Source of the DNA: Lobosporangium transversale
Taxonomy: Eukaryota
Direction of reading: 5' to 3'
DNA: 64,000 nt
Assembly (NCBI RefSeq): GCF_002105155.1
Contig: NW_019028995.1
Coordinates: 1 to 64,000, forward strand
Shown: positions 30,249 to 42,911 of the stretch, piece after piece
Position numbering within the stretch: position 1 is the stretch's first letter
Layout of the letters: every line of letters starts with the position of its first letter
The notes under the pieces: generated by a model
Databases searched by the model: none
Seen by the model: only the letters and a program-made list of their open reading frames with translations
Told to the model about the DNA's origin: nothing
Position numbers and translations under genes: made by a program

Positions 30249-31890
30249 ATGTCCAATCAGATTGCTGAGACCCCTGTCGCTGAGGTCGCAGCACCAGCTC
30301 CGACGCCCGTTTCCGAAACTGTCGCTCCAGAGACTGAGACTACAGACGGCTCCAAAATTAATGAGAATGCAAGCGATGCCACTGACTTGAGGAGCAATGA
30401 GAAGGCCAAGATTCTTAAGCAAGTCGAGTTTTATTTCAGTGACTCAAATCTTCCTCAGGACAAATTTATGACCGAGCTCGTCCGGAAAGCTAAGGATGGC
30501 TGTATGTACCCTTTGACTTGCTCTAGCAGCGTAGGGCATTTATGGTCATACTTCTAAATCCAGTCTTTTTTTGTACGAAGGATTAGAGTTGGATGCTTAT
30601 TTATTGTATAACTCCAACGTCTTTCTCATTTTCTGTATATTGGTATTAGACATCCCTATCTCGCGCATTGCGTCCTTTAAGAGGATGCGTGACTTCAAGG
30701 ACATGGCATTGATTGTAGAGGCACTTCGTGAGTCAAAGGAATTGTTAGAGGTCAGCGAAGATGGCGAAAAGGTTCGTCGCAAGGCATCCTTCGTTCCATC
30801 CAAGGACCATTTCCAGAGAAGCATTTATGCTGTAGGTTTTTTTATTTTTTATTTTTTTATTAGAGAATCACATATGTAAGGACGTATATGGTTATGGACC
30901 GCACTCGGTATTATAGTTAACTTCTAGCACTTCAATTTCTGAAAACCCTTTAGAAAGGATTTGGTGAAGAAACTCCTTCCCTTCAATTGGAATTGGAGGA
31001 GTACTTTGCATCCCTAGGTGATGTAAAGCAGGTGCGCATGAGACGCAATGCTGAAACCAATGTCTTCAAGGGGTCCGTTTTCGTTGAATATGCCACATTG
31101 GATGAGGCTAACAAGGTCGCTTCAACCAAATTGGAATACAATGGAAAGGAGTTGCTCGTCATGACAAAGTAAGCTTGATGGCTTTTTATTAGGCTTATGT
31201 AGCCATGTAGTCGTGATTTTCATTCTAGTGCAGAACTCTTTCTTTCAGAGCAGTGTGTCAAATGCCTCGACTTTTCTCAGTCCAGCATACTGTTAGCAAA
31301 AAACTCTAGTGATGTATAACTAACTAAATGTAATTATGGTATCATGTGATAGGGCTGCTTATTGCGAAATGAAAGCAAAGGAACTTGGACTAGATCCCAG
31401 CGAGATCAGGACCCGCTCTCAAAACAAAGGATTCTCTGACAGCAAGAAGAGGCCAAGGGAAGAAGAGAAACCAGAAACAATTGATGATGTCAAAAACAAA
31501 GTCATCAAGTTGTCTGGTCTCACTGCTGGTGAAAATGCTGGCCTCAAGGAGATTAAAGACAGTCTCAAGGAACATTTCCGTTTTGGATACGTACATTGGC
31601 CTAGAGATTCTAATGTGGTAGAAGTCCAGATCAAGAGTGAAGATTTGGATGCTGCAAAAGTTGTTGCTGACTTGCAGAGTAAGAACTTTGAGTTCAACGG
31701 AATCAAGCCTGAGATTACGGCTGCCACAGAGGAGGAAGCACAGAAGTTTTTAGATGAGAAGAAAGCCTGGGAAGCTAACATGGCCTCACGCGACAACTCC
31801 CGCCGTGGAGGCCGCGGTGGCCGTGGTGGTCGTGGAGGGCGTGGGGGTCGCGGCCATGACCGTAAGAAAATCCGTACTCGCGACGATTAG
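30249..31890 (+). CDS. LHP1: La autoantigen homologue (La motif + RRM + RGG tail)
   Basis: ILKQVEFYFSDSNLPQDKF, RIASFKRM, RNP1 FKGSVFVEY, C-terminal RGG repeats; 4 exons. Confidence 0.93.
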
Positions 31891-32233
31891 GATAGATGCA
31901 TTTTGTATTGTATTGTTACATTTTCAAATGAAGGTCAATTGTACGCTGTGGCTGTGCCTCACTTTGTCAAATACAGAAATACAGGGGTGCACATTTTTGG
32001 TAATTGTTTTGCCACCAATTCAAGTATAAACAAAGATTTTTTTTTTTTTTTCAATGGTCAACGAAAGGCGACGCTTCTGCACCTGTCCGTTCCCGTCAAC
32101 TGAACGACTGTTTGTCATCGTCATCACTCTATTCCAATCAATCTGACTGTATTTCATCTTTGAAATACCAAATTGCCCCAAATAATCATTTATTATTGCC
32201 TTTAACATCGACACATTCATTGCAGTTTCCATC

Positions 32234-35200
32234 ATGACGTCGCCGCCAAAAAGAAAGAGTGCATCTAAGAGTCCACCCATTCTCCCTGCAGAGTTTCTTA
32301 CTCCTGGACCATCAGGCATGCCTGCTCCTCCTGTACCTTCGCCTCATCCAGGCACTACTCGTAAGGCTTCTAGCAACAGCGATATAGGCATTCTCAAGCC
32401 ATCGGGCCAGGTCTCACAAAATGATGACAGACTTTCGCACCTGCCTACCCTTCAACATGGACAGAATAGTGGTAGTGAAAGCAGTGGAAGCGCACAACAA
32501 AGTCACTCTATTACAGAGACGCCTTATTTAGATGATTCACCAGTAGAATATACTGCAGGTAAGCTGAACTCAATTCAATACCGATGTATTTTTTTCATCA
32601 TGTCGCACCCACGTTTTACATTGATAGATACCTATAGCTTATTAAATACTCACTAAATTTAATACTACAGGGCATCAGCTCAGTCAAAAGTCATCTACCA
32701 GCGGCTCGGTACGAGGCGAGACAAGGCCTGCGCGATACACTCAATATCACCATGAGGCTGAGTCCCAGTCGATGGACCTGCTTTCCGTTCAAGAGGGCAG
32801 CGCATCTGGCCACGATAATACACAAGAAATGAGCTTTGTTCATTCTGAGGTTTCCCATATCTTCAATGCGTCGGACGAATCAGGAAGTAGCAAGGCAAAC
32901 AATAGTTTTGGTACAAACACCAGTGGTTCAAGCAACAGTCGCACGTCAGACTCACAAGCTTCTGACATCAGTTTCACGAATGCAGAAACGTCCACTCCTC
33001 GACGTACACCCATTCCTGCCGTCCCCTCTCAAAAATCGACAGTCTCGGACTCGGATCAAAACCCTTCATCTTCATCATCTCAGCTCTCCCCTACGAGGAT
33101 TATTTCGGCCTCGGTTCAGCATCGACATCGACAAGTATCCGTAGCATTAATCGAAACTCAAAGTCAAGACCAAGGCCCGAGCTCTGTCAGACCAATCTCT
33201 ACAATCCCAGAAGATGATGTCTTAAAGATCTCTGATGACAACACGCAGCAGGGCTTAGGTGATGATGCCTTAAAGATCCCTGATGACAGCACGCAGCTGG
33301 GCTTTGGTGATGACATTTCATCAGAGGAAGTGGAAGCGGCCTTCGTTGAAGTGCAAGGTGATACAAACGCAACTCAAGATTTTTGCAACCCAGAATCGGT
33401 TTCTGTTAAATTGGAAGGCGATACTCAAGACCTGGCTTCGCAAGATATCCTTAGTGCAAAGGAACCGCCGCCACCGCCTGCTAAGCACAAAAAGCGTGGC
33501 GACAGAAGGACTAAAGGATCCCATGTAAATACGTCGCTGGACTCGACTGAACAAAATTACGAATTCTTGAGCAGTGATGATGACGAGGCTAGCCGATCGA
33601 CATTGGATAACCGACTTGACCTTAATATGTCACAGTCGATAGCCCAAAGTGATCACTCTGTACAGTCGCGGTCACTGTCATCACGATCTCAACGCGTTTC
33701 AGTTACGACAACCTCTACTACAGTATCGGTTTCTTCAACGACGAACCAAAAAGAGAAAAGCGCAGATGTTAATACTAATATTACCCCTCAAAATAACTCT
33801 GCCGAACATTCTGTGGAATCTGTACTGGAGACACAGGAAATACCGGAGTCTGCTAGCCAACAGGTGCAGAGGTCTTTTAATGTCCGTCCCTCAAAGTCAC
33901 CACGTTCTCGACCGACAACTAAGCTGCCTTCTCCACGCCGAAGTCGCTCTGATCGATCCACACCTTCCGAAACGACTGACGCACAGGCGCTGCCTTCCTC
34001 GCAATCTAGTGATACGTCACAATCGTCGCAGGATCCAATCCTTTCACGCCTGAGATCAGCTGCATCCCAAGAGACCGGAGTCGAGCCCGTCTTCTCTGCC
34101 GTACCAAAACGCCGAAGAATCAGATCCGTTGAGGCAAATGCTGTTCAAGTGACTACATCTGTAGGCGATGAGGAATTCTGGAGCTCAGATCCCTATGATT
34201 CATCGAGCAAAGATCGTAATCAGCGGTCGCGCTCCCCATCTCAGGAGATCTTTTCTCTCCCCCATGGAGAGGAAGAAGAGAAGGGGCAGGAGGAGGAGGA
34301 GGACTTATTTCCTCTAGGGTCCCGGCATGGGCATAGTTCCCAATCAGAAGATGAAGGACCTTCTAGCCCTGGGAAAAAAGGGAGCCCAAGAGGATCCAGA
34401 TCATCTCGCAAGCTCCCCACAACTAGAACAATCCAAACGCGTGATCTTCGTCGGAGAAGTGCCTCTCAAGCGTCTGGATCCACTACCACGCCGACCATGC
34501 GACGACTTCGCTCCTCAGCTACTGAGGTTTTGCGCGCATATAAGGCCAACGCGGCAGTTTGGGCTCTTTGGCAAAAATCTAGATCTAAATCCTATTATGC
34601 GGGCAGAGTAATCCAAAAGAAATCTGAGAACAAGCATATCGTTCGTTTTATAGATAATTACGAGCAGGAGTGCAAAAGTTCAGATATGAGGCCTCTCATG
34701 CTCAAGCTTGGTGTTAATGTGACTGTCAACATTAAAGAAAGCAAGGAATATCCCGCTACAGTTGAAGGTTTTCAGATAAATCCAGAGGAAATCGAAGAGG
34801 CGCGTGTTGATGTCCGATATGGCGACGATCTCGAAGCCACTGTTCGGCTACATCAAATCAGTATGACGCAGAGCCAGCTTGAAGATGCAGATAATATGAT
34901 AGAATGGGATGAAGAAAGTGTTGGGCTTTCAAGCGAGACCGAACCCTCGACTTCATCGTCGACTCCACCTGGTACTCCGCGTAAAGGCAAGAGCATAGCA
35001 CAACTGGGAAGGGATGATGCAGGACCATCTACCCCAAGCCGCCGTGGCAAGAAAGCAACCCCACAAGCTGGACCACAGACCCCAAGTCGTAGAACACAAG
35101 GCATGCTGCGATATTAGCTTTGGATTCCTCGTATTGCTCTAAGATCTGAATACTAATTGAGCATCCTTCTTTTTTTTTTTTTTTTTACTGATTCGCTGCC

Positions 35201-36169
35201 TTGCGCTGTTATAGATCTGTTCAAGGGTTTTTATTTTGTTCTGTCAGTGAGTTTCGGTCAGAAACGAGCTGCGGGTTAGATTACTGATTACATTGTTTTT
35301 AACTATAAGGATAAACAACAGCATGGGGCACACAACTTATCTATGTTATCAATCTATCTTTCGAACATTACTTCAATTAGAGAAAGAGCTTACAAAGAAA
35401 ATTAACAAAATGGGTGGCACCGTCTTGGAGGGCTTTGGGGCTTTTGTAGACACCCCACGTGCTGAGCTACCAGCAAACCTGCTTCTTATTGCAATGAAAA
35501 ACATTAAAACCTCAAAGTATGTTCAGGCTTTGGCTTTGGGCGTCCCTCGTCTTTCCAATCGCTGGATCGATAGCTGTTATGAAGCGGTAAGTTCTATTAG
35601 ATCAATAGCTATTGCTGTGTCTATTATATCATTTCAAAGATACTCAAGCCATGGCAATTGCCTTTTTCGCTGTTCATAGCATCAAGTATTGTCATATCAG
35701 CCGTATCTCCTCCCGACTGGAATGTCTGAAGAACTCGAAACTATCGTCTCAAGCACACCTCCCCATAATCGAGGGATATTTTGTGGTTTAGTGATCGGTC
35801 TTTGTGGTTCCTTTGCATTCAAGGTAACTTTTCCCTGTCCGCTATACTGAGCTGTATTATGATATAGGTCCGATCTGCCTACTAAGGTTTTTTTGCTTTT
35901 GCTCTTGGCTCTAGGAGGACACAAAAACTACACTCAAGTTGGCAGGTGCCAAGGTGAAAGCTGTGACGCCTAAGAGTGGCCCACAGGACTGTAACTACAT
36001 TATATTCTATAACCTCTCGTCTCACGAGAACTATTGCAAGGTCAATACCCCTGTCCCTAAGCTATCCCACGAATGGCTTACCCAGTGTTTAATCAATCAG
36101 CGAATCGTATCTATTTATGCACATCCGAGCTATAGAGAGTTCAAGAATTATAGTATACCGACTGCTTAA
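32234..36169 (+). CDS. DNA-damage checkpoint mediator Rad9/Crb2/53BP1-like (SQ/TQ-rich region, Tudor, tandem BRCT)
   Basis: Many SQ/TQ sites; Tudor-like VWALWQK...YYAGRV...VRFID; BRCT motifs LFKGFYFVLS, KYVQALALGVPRLSNRWIDSC, LSHEWLTQCLI. Confidence 0.8.
33213..33314 (+). repeat. 48-bp in-frame tandem duplication in the Rad9-like gene
   Basis: DDVLKISDDNTQQGLG / DDALKIPDDSTQLGFG; units start at 33213 and 33261. Confidence 0.9.
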
Positions 36170-36341
36170 AACAGCACATTTAACAGCACATATTTATATA
36201 CCGTTGAGAATGGTGTAAAGTGGATAAATAAATAAATATTAAGGTTTTATGATTGCTTGTCTTACAAAGGTTGATAATGAAGACTTAATTGACCTAATAC
36301 ATTTATTTAATGTGGGTACTTTGGGAATGCTGATCTATAAT

Positions 36342-36375
<34 letters not shown>

Positions 36376-36380
36376 CTTCA

Positions 36381-36935
36381 CTAGTTAAGGATGGGGGGCC
36401 ATGGTGCACGCTTCGGTTCATACGCGATCCACCCTTCCGGCTTAGGAATCGAGGCGTCATATCTGAACGCATTTTCAGAGTCATCCTTATGTTGCTTCAA
36501 GCAGTGTTCTCTTGTGGAATCACGTCTCGCGGAGCTTGATTGGCAGTAATTGCAGATGTAAGGTTTATAGTCAGGATAGTGTGTGTCTCTGTGGCGCTTC
36601 ACTGGATCAGAGCGGGCACTGTGATAATCGCATGTAGGGAAATTACAGAAATAATGATAGGTGATAGGCTGATCATTGTGGGTCTGTTGATACTGCTTCT
36701 GCTGCTGTTGCTGCAGTTGCATTGCATTCGAGCCTACAATGGGGTTGCCATGAACATCCACTGCCACGGAGGGTAAGTTAGTACCAGAATAAGAAGACTC
36801 TGAATCTGAATCCTCAAAAAGAGACGTGTCACGAGTTTGGAGGAGTTGATGGTTGTTATAAACAAGCATATTGGAGGGGGTACAAGACGAGTCCATGGTA
36901 GCAAAGATTGAGCCTGGTGTGTAGTAAAAATTCAT
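36381..36935 (-). CDS. Two-finger C2H2 zinc-finger protein (probable transcription factor; start uncertain)
   Basis: CNFPTC...RHRDTH-YPDYKPY-ICNYC...EHCLKQH, preceded by a Gln-rich stretch; ~4 kb without recognisable genes upstream. Confidence 0.8.
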   Translation of the reverse strand: MNFYYTPGSIFATMDSSCTPSNMLVYNNHQLLQTRDTSLFEDSDSESSYSGTNLPSVAVDVHGNPIVGSNAMQLQQQQQKQYQQTHNDQPITYHYFCNFPTCDYHSARSDPVKRHRDTHYPDYKPYICNYCQSSSARRDSTREHCLKQHKDDSENAFRYDASIPKPEGWIAYEPKRAPWPPILN

Positions 36936-39900
36936 TTTTTTACAGAGAAAAGGTAAGATGTTAGAGATCCTTTCGCGTTGACGATCGATAAAGTTAATCT
37001 TATGTTTTGTTCTGTTTTTTGTTTTTTTTTTTCTCATTCACAAACTACCGATTACCTTCTATATAAAAGAAGAGATGGTTCTTGAGAAGTAATATACTGC
37101 TTGATATAGAGTGCTCTGGTTCTGCCTTAGCTACTTGAGATCTGTTTATAGAGCAATAATGGAAATAGAAAAAAACCAGTAGGATGGAATGTTAGGGAGA
37201 GACGATTAGAAGTTTGATCCAGCAACGATATATTGGATGTGATGTAGAGACTATCTATATGTATCTATGCTGTAAAAGAGCACGAGGAGTTATGTCTGAA
37301 GGGGTCTAGAGCAATATGCAAAAAAAAAAAAAAAAAAAAAAAATCCTAGGAAAGACTACAAGGCTACATGATGGGGTTTGGAGCCCAATTTGATTGTCTC
37401 TTCAGATCTGGCAAGGCATCGATCGAAGATGGGATCTTTGCGGTTCGCTCAGGGGGTGAATTATAGAAAATAATAACAATAACTTTAACAGTAGTAATAA
37501 TTATAGCGATACCAAAGAGTAAGGGCAGAAATTAGGCAGGAGGAATAGGAATAGGAAAAGAAGTGTTTTGCTCTGCTTTACCTAACAGACAGATATTCTT
37601 TTGAATGCACAAGTCGCAGATTGCTCAAAGGGGGGGGGGAGAAGGGAAAATAAAATAATAAGTAAATGCGAGTTGTGAGAACGAGATTGTTATATGCAGA
37701 AGGAAGTGAATAGTGCTTTTTTTCTCTTTTTTCTTGTCAGTAAAAGGACTTATGCTGATGATGATAACCTGCCAACGAATAACCAAAGTAAAGTGAAGAT
37801 ATAAAGGAAATAAGAATTTGAGAAATGAGGCACGATGAGGACATAATATTTATATCAGAAAAGTGGATACCCGACACAAAAGATCCAACCCTTGATTCGA
37901 ATACGTTGAGCTGTACCTGAACTATTAGATCAATCGCCTCTCTATCTTTTCTGCCGGTGGTTGGCGATCAAAAAAAATATACTGTTTTACTTGATGCTCA
38001 TTGCAACTTGGCCAGATCCCTGTATGTTGTACAGCTGCATAGAGGGATATTCAAACTGCCGTTATGTCCTTGGGCTATGGAGCGTCTATACAGTGATGGC
38101 TGAAAGTGATAGGTAATTGATGAATAGATCGCAGAAAACGAGGGGAAGCACGCCGTAATCATAAAATAGGGAGCAAATTATAATTTTGTTTACTTTCTAT
38201 TAAATAGAACTACTTACTACACCGGAAATGAAGAAGGCAAAAAAGAGGGGGAAAGGGAAAAAAATGAGAGAAAAAAGACTATACACTTCCTTACAATGCA
38301 GAGGAGAAGGCAAGAAAAAAATATAAAAAAATAAAGACTAACACTGCTTAATGCTTAATGATGTTTAATGGCTAGAATAATTTAACAATAGTGGCAGAGG
38401 GACAAAATGAGGGAAAGAAAATGTCGCTAAACAGATCATGGATGATACACTTTAGGATGATGTAGTTCGGACTAAGCATAAGCGATAGAGGGGAGGGGAA
38501 GAGAGGGAAAGGGTTAAAGAGAGCAAAGGCAAGAGTAAATGAATGGATCTCAGGTTGGTTTACACTCCGTTAACGGACGGATGGAGGGATCAATGGAGAA
38601 ATCTAACAGGTCAGGTAATCAAAGGTGTGCTCTGTGCGCGAATACAAAAAAAAAAAAAAAAAAAAAAAAAGACATAATGAGGGTGCACAAAGCAACAAAA
38701 GCATTACAAACATTTTTATTTTCGCATTTTATTTTCAGATCTCAGGGATGAAAATGTACATCTTGTAGATGTAATGCGTTGGTCGTACAAACAAAACAAC
38801 AAACGATAACGGTTAGAAATCGAAGAACTACACTACACAAGGAACTATATACAATACTACATACTACAAAAGTGCAGACATTCAAAGGTTAGAACTTTAC
38901 ATTAGGTTTAGACTTTGTCGCATTTGCGCAAGTTGCTCAATAACCATTGAAAAGCCATTGCAGTCTCTATAGCTCATTCCATCATCCTCTTCCTTTCCTT
39001 CTCCACCCTCTTTGCTTACAACAACCTTCAACTGGTTCTTTTGATACTTGCTTCTTTGCTTTACTCTCACCTTCTCTTTTCTTTTGCTTTCTCTGACTAG
39101 AAAGGGCGAAGGACGTGATTCGACTCAGTATCAGATTATCAATCTCCTCCTCTTCCTTCTCCATTTCCTCTTCTTTTCCAATTGCATCCTTATTCCACTC
39201 TCCTTAAAGCAGTCGCCGTTACTGGATCATGTTCACATTTTTATATTTTAACCACCTTAACCCCCTTTTTTTTTTTTTTTTTCAATTGAGGAATACACAT
39301 TTATAATTTTTTTTTTTTCCCTCGGTGAGCCTCTTGTATGACAAGATTCTTGTAGACCCTTTTATCCCTATTTTATGTTACCTTTAGCTACCTATGGTAA
39401 TGGTCATTGATGCAGACAAAGTTAATGTGGTTAGATCGTTTCTCTTGTAATTCCTGTTACCATCACTGATACTATTACTAGCGTTTTACCACCCTACTTC
39501 AGATTTAGAAAAGCATAGACCTGAATGTTCAGCGGTACAGATGCAATGACTTTCATGAGGCGAAGATATACTATAACTCTGATTTTACCAGGTGCCCCAG
39601 TCCGAGCCTAGTCGACGATTGTCGGCAAACCACTTAGTCTATTCAATCCTCCCTTCCGCTCTCTTTCCACCCCCCTTGATGCGCATGTTTCTTTGTCCTC
39701 TATATTGTACATAATCGCTGTATAAAAAAAATAAAATAAATAAATAAAAAAGCTCGGTAACTCCTCACTTGCGCCGGCCCCTCCCCTCTTCGCCCCGAAA
39801 TTATACAAGCATGCAGGGGGCAATGGCAAAAAATAAAAAAGAAAGAAAGAAAAAAAAAGAAAGAAAGAGAGAAATCCAGGTACGGAGCAAAATGCTTTAT

Positions 39901-40509
39901 GAGTTGTGTTCGGGCCTAGTACCTTGAAGTCACAGGAAGACATTTGTATAACAAAGGCAAATTGGAATTTGCATAGGAGCATGATAAACGATGCATCTGT
40001 TTGGGCCCGTAGTTGCCTTTTGCCGCTGACGCTGATATCAATTCAAGCGAGTCATATATGCTCTTTTTTTATTATAATTCTGCGGCCAGGGTTGAGGAGA
40101 GGCAGTTTACGACGCGATGCGCCCAAGGGGGTTGTATATCCATTATACAAGCCAATTGGTCCACCTCTTGGCTCCTTTCATCTAATATTTCCCCAATGCA
40201 GTGGCCATCACAGCTCTTCATCGATATTCCTTTATCGCGTTTCAAAATTGGTCGGTAAAGTCTATTTCGAACAGAACATTGCCAAAAGAAAAGAAAAGAA
40301 AAGAAGGAAAGATCTGTTATCTGGATCGCGTCTGGGTTAAGGGATCCTTCCATGCCTTCAACGCTATATTTACCATGTACTGTGCTGTCCATGGCCTCCT
40401 ATTTCCTCCGCCAAGGCATCAAGGTTGGCTCCAAACCTTGCATACTAAGCTTTTAAGGAATAAATGACATGGATGCTTTTTATTGCTCATACGCCTTGAA
40501 GCGAATGGA

Positions 40510-40545
<36 letters not shown>

Positions 40546-41273
40546 CGAAGCTTTAATCTCTATTGTTCCCTCCCTGCTCCCTAATTCATTCACTTCCTTG
40601 GCCTAACAAACTATTTTGTATTCATTATCCGATGATTCGAAAAGAAGGAAAAAAAAAAAAAAAAAAATCCTCCGTTGACTCCTTTTTAGGATAATAAGGA
40701 GCTGGACGGAAAAACCCGTCATGTTTGCTTACTCAATACTCATCCAGGGCCTGTGCATTGACAAACAAGAAACGAAAAAAAGATACCAGTCTTTAAGCAG
40801 GCATGATAATATACAGAAGTCTTTCTAGAATCAAGTCCTTTTCGATAGAGAGGCTTTATATTAGGTTAACTATAGAATATCAACTATCCTTAAACCGCGC
40901 AAAACTCTTCCATTTCTTGACCTAATCACTCATAAATCTTCTATTATTGCTACTGTCGTTGCCGCTGTTATTTTTCGCGGGAGGCCTTTAGGGCGATTAT
41001 TTTGGGTTTATACGACACTGACATAAAGATCAACACCCTTTTACAGAACTGACAGTGGGTTTGGATAAATGACTAGCGTGTTACTTTCATTAACATATAA
41101 CCTCATATTATCGTAGACTGCATACTTTAAGTGATACTAGAAATATTTCAAGCGAAGCAGCACTGTTAGGTTCTTTCATTGAGCATCATTGGGCCATATC
41201 AAAAGAATCTATTATTTATAAACATTTATGAAATATATAGCAGATGTAAAACGCGTCGCGATGAACTATATGG

Positions 41274-41364
41274 TACAGCCCGTTCCATTTGGTCGCGATC
41301 CCTTATATTTTTTGAATACTCTTAAATGTATTGGCAACCAATTGACTCACTTGTTATTGCAAGT
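41274..41364 (+). repeat. Solo/left-end copy of the TA-flanked TIR element found at 47710-47895
   Basis: TA|CAGCCCGTTCCATTTGGTCGCGATCCCTTATATTTTTTGAATACT...GTATTGGCAACCAATTGACTCACTTGTT aligns by eye, in direct orientation, to 47708-47807. Confidence 0.85.
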
Positions 41365-41859
41365 GGTGTGGCTGGTCATTAAAATTAATTTCAGTTTATT
41401 TTGAATCTACTAATCTGTCGAACCAGCCTAAAGGAATCTTTGCGCAAAGCCTTTGTAGTCATAGGCGGGTCCGCCTCACCTAGAAACTACCGAGTATAAA
41501 AGCCAAAGAAACTTCCTTCTTAATAAAGTCTTCAGTTTTCCCCATATGTCTTATTCTTCACCTGCAGTTCATCTTGCCATTTATCTTTTTCCCCTTTTCA
41601 CAACAAGCATTTATCTTCCGGTAACTCAGTTTGTGAGCTCACCTATAAAGCTCCCATCTTTTCTTTTGACATTCTATGGCGCTGTTTGTAGTCAAGGTTA
41701 TTTGACTCTATTTTCTCTTGTCAATCTTGTTGACACTCTTTGTCCTGCCTTTTCCTGATTGTGTCTATCTTTCTGTCCCTTAAGCAAAGATATTTTTTAC
41801 AACAATGCCACCAAACCAATTTATTATGATTAAGATATGTGGGGTCTATATGTTGTCTA

Positions 41860-42911
41860 AATAGTCTTCCCCATAAAAAAACACCATCTAGACCAAGCAT
41901 AGAAATAAAGAGATTAGTCAAGAAAGCACTGTCAAGCTAATACTTACAACTTTTTCAAGACGAAGGCCTTTCCCGACCTAGTCATGCTTGTAGTAGCTCA
42001 TGAAAAATTTTAGACAGACAAATAGTAACCAGGGAGCAGAAGTGAGAATAGGATGTGGGTTCACACATCACATCCATGGGGCATTTATCCAAATTTGTAT
42101 CAAAATAAAACTGCAAGTTTGTCTCGGGCACCATGGGGCATAGAGCTGTTAGTATGTCTGTATTATAAATTTTCATGTAACACGTGTACTGTGAAATATG
42201 CAACTGATCATATCCTATTGTTGTTGCCGGCTTGGTGTCTTTCCTCCCAATCTATCAGTGAGCATTGGTGCAACGCATATAAGGCACACAGGCTGTTGAC
42301 GAGCCTACTTCTCACCTTCGCCGTTTGACGCAGGTCAGGGTTGTGACGGTCTAGCGAAGAAAACGTAAGGGCATTAACAATACCAGGATCGCATTAGACG
42401 GTAGTTGTGGTATTTGCAAATGAGCATCGCCCTGGCTCATGGAATATGAGTCCAACATTTCCAAGAAGTTTGGGGCCCCTCTTCCAGCTTATGTTTGCGT
42501 AGTCTTCATCTATCAGGCCATCACCGGCTGCCTTTAAAACACGCCGTGTTAAGGAATCCTTGAGAAAGTTTCAATTCCTGGCTGAGATCTTCTTCATCTA
42601 CGTCAGACTGCTGCTGTCTCTTCGTCTGGACTGTGTCATAGGCAAGTGGATTCAGAACAAGGCCATTGGTAATATCGTTCCTTTGAGTTTGAACCGAGTT
42701 ATACCTTTGTCTTGTGCCTGTAGGGGTACCTTGTCTCGATAGCCATGAAACATGCGATCTCCTTCAATGTCACAAAGAGAGCCTGTATCTAGACTTCTTT
42801 TGTTCCCTGTACACATTCAAACACTGCAGCCTTGGAAGGATTGTCGAGAGGATGTCAGTTAGGACGTGTTCAGACAGATACACATACCGAGGGGGGACGT
42901 AAGGAAGTCTG
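41860..42911 (-). pseudogene. Inverted, truncated and chimeric relic of the PIN-Fanzor family
   Basis: Minus strand of 42911-42301 aligns to copy B 51075-51738, with indels and a TAA (42394-42396) just before the RuvC-I CDPG. 42248-42213 aligns to the last codons and stop of copy A (SRQQQ*). 41996-~41860 aligns to copy A's 3' region 47277-~47447. Confidence 0.9.
41999..42177. mobile_element. Possible small MITE inserted into the relic's 3' region
   Basis: Imperfect ~30-bp inverted ends: CATGAAAAATTTTAGACAGACAAATAGTAAC (41999-42029) vs reverse complement of 42148-42177, CATGAAAATTTATAATACAGACATACTAAC. The interval is absent at the equivalent position of copy A. Confidence 0.5.

Noticed and set aside
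40883..40897. ACTATCCTTAAACCG resembles the putative end/guide junction of copy A (ACTATCCTTTAAACCG, 47443-47458)
   Set aside because: Only ~15 nt with an indel in AT-rich DNA and no flanking similarity; cannot be distinguished from chance, though worth rechecking if the guide is mapped.
37040..41200. Short ORFs in the 4-kb gene-poor region
   Set aside because: Low-complexity, homopolymer-driven ORFs with no motifs; more likely regulatory/UTR sequence of the C2H2 gene.
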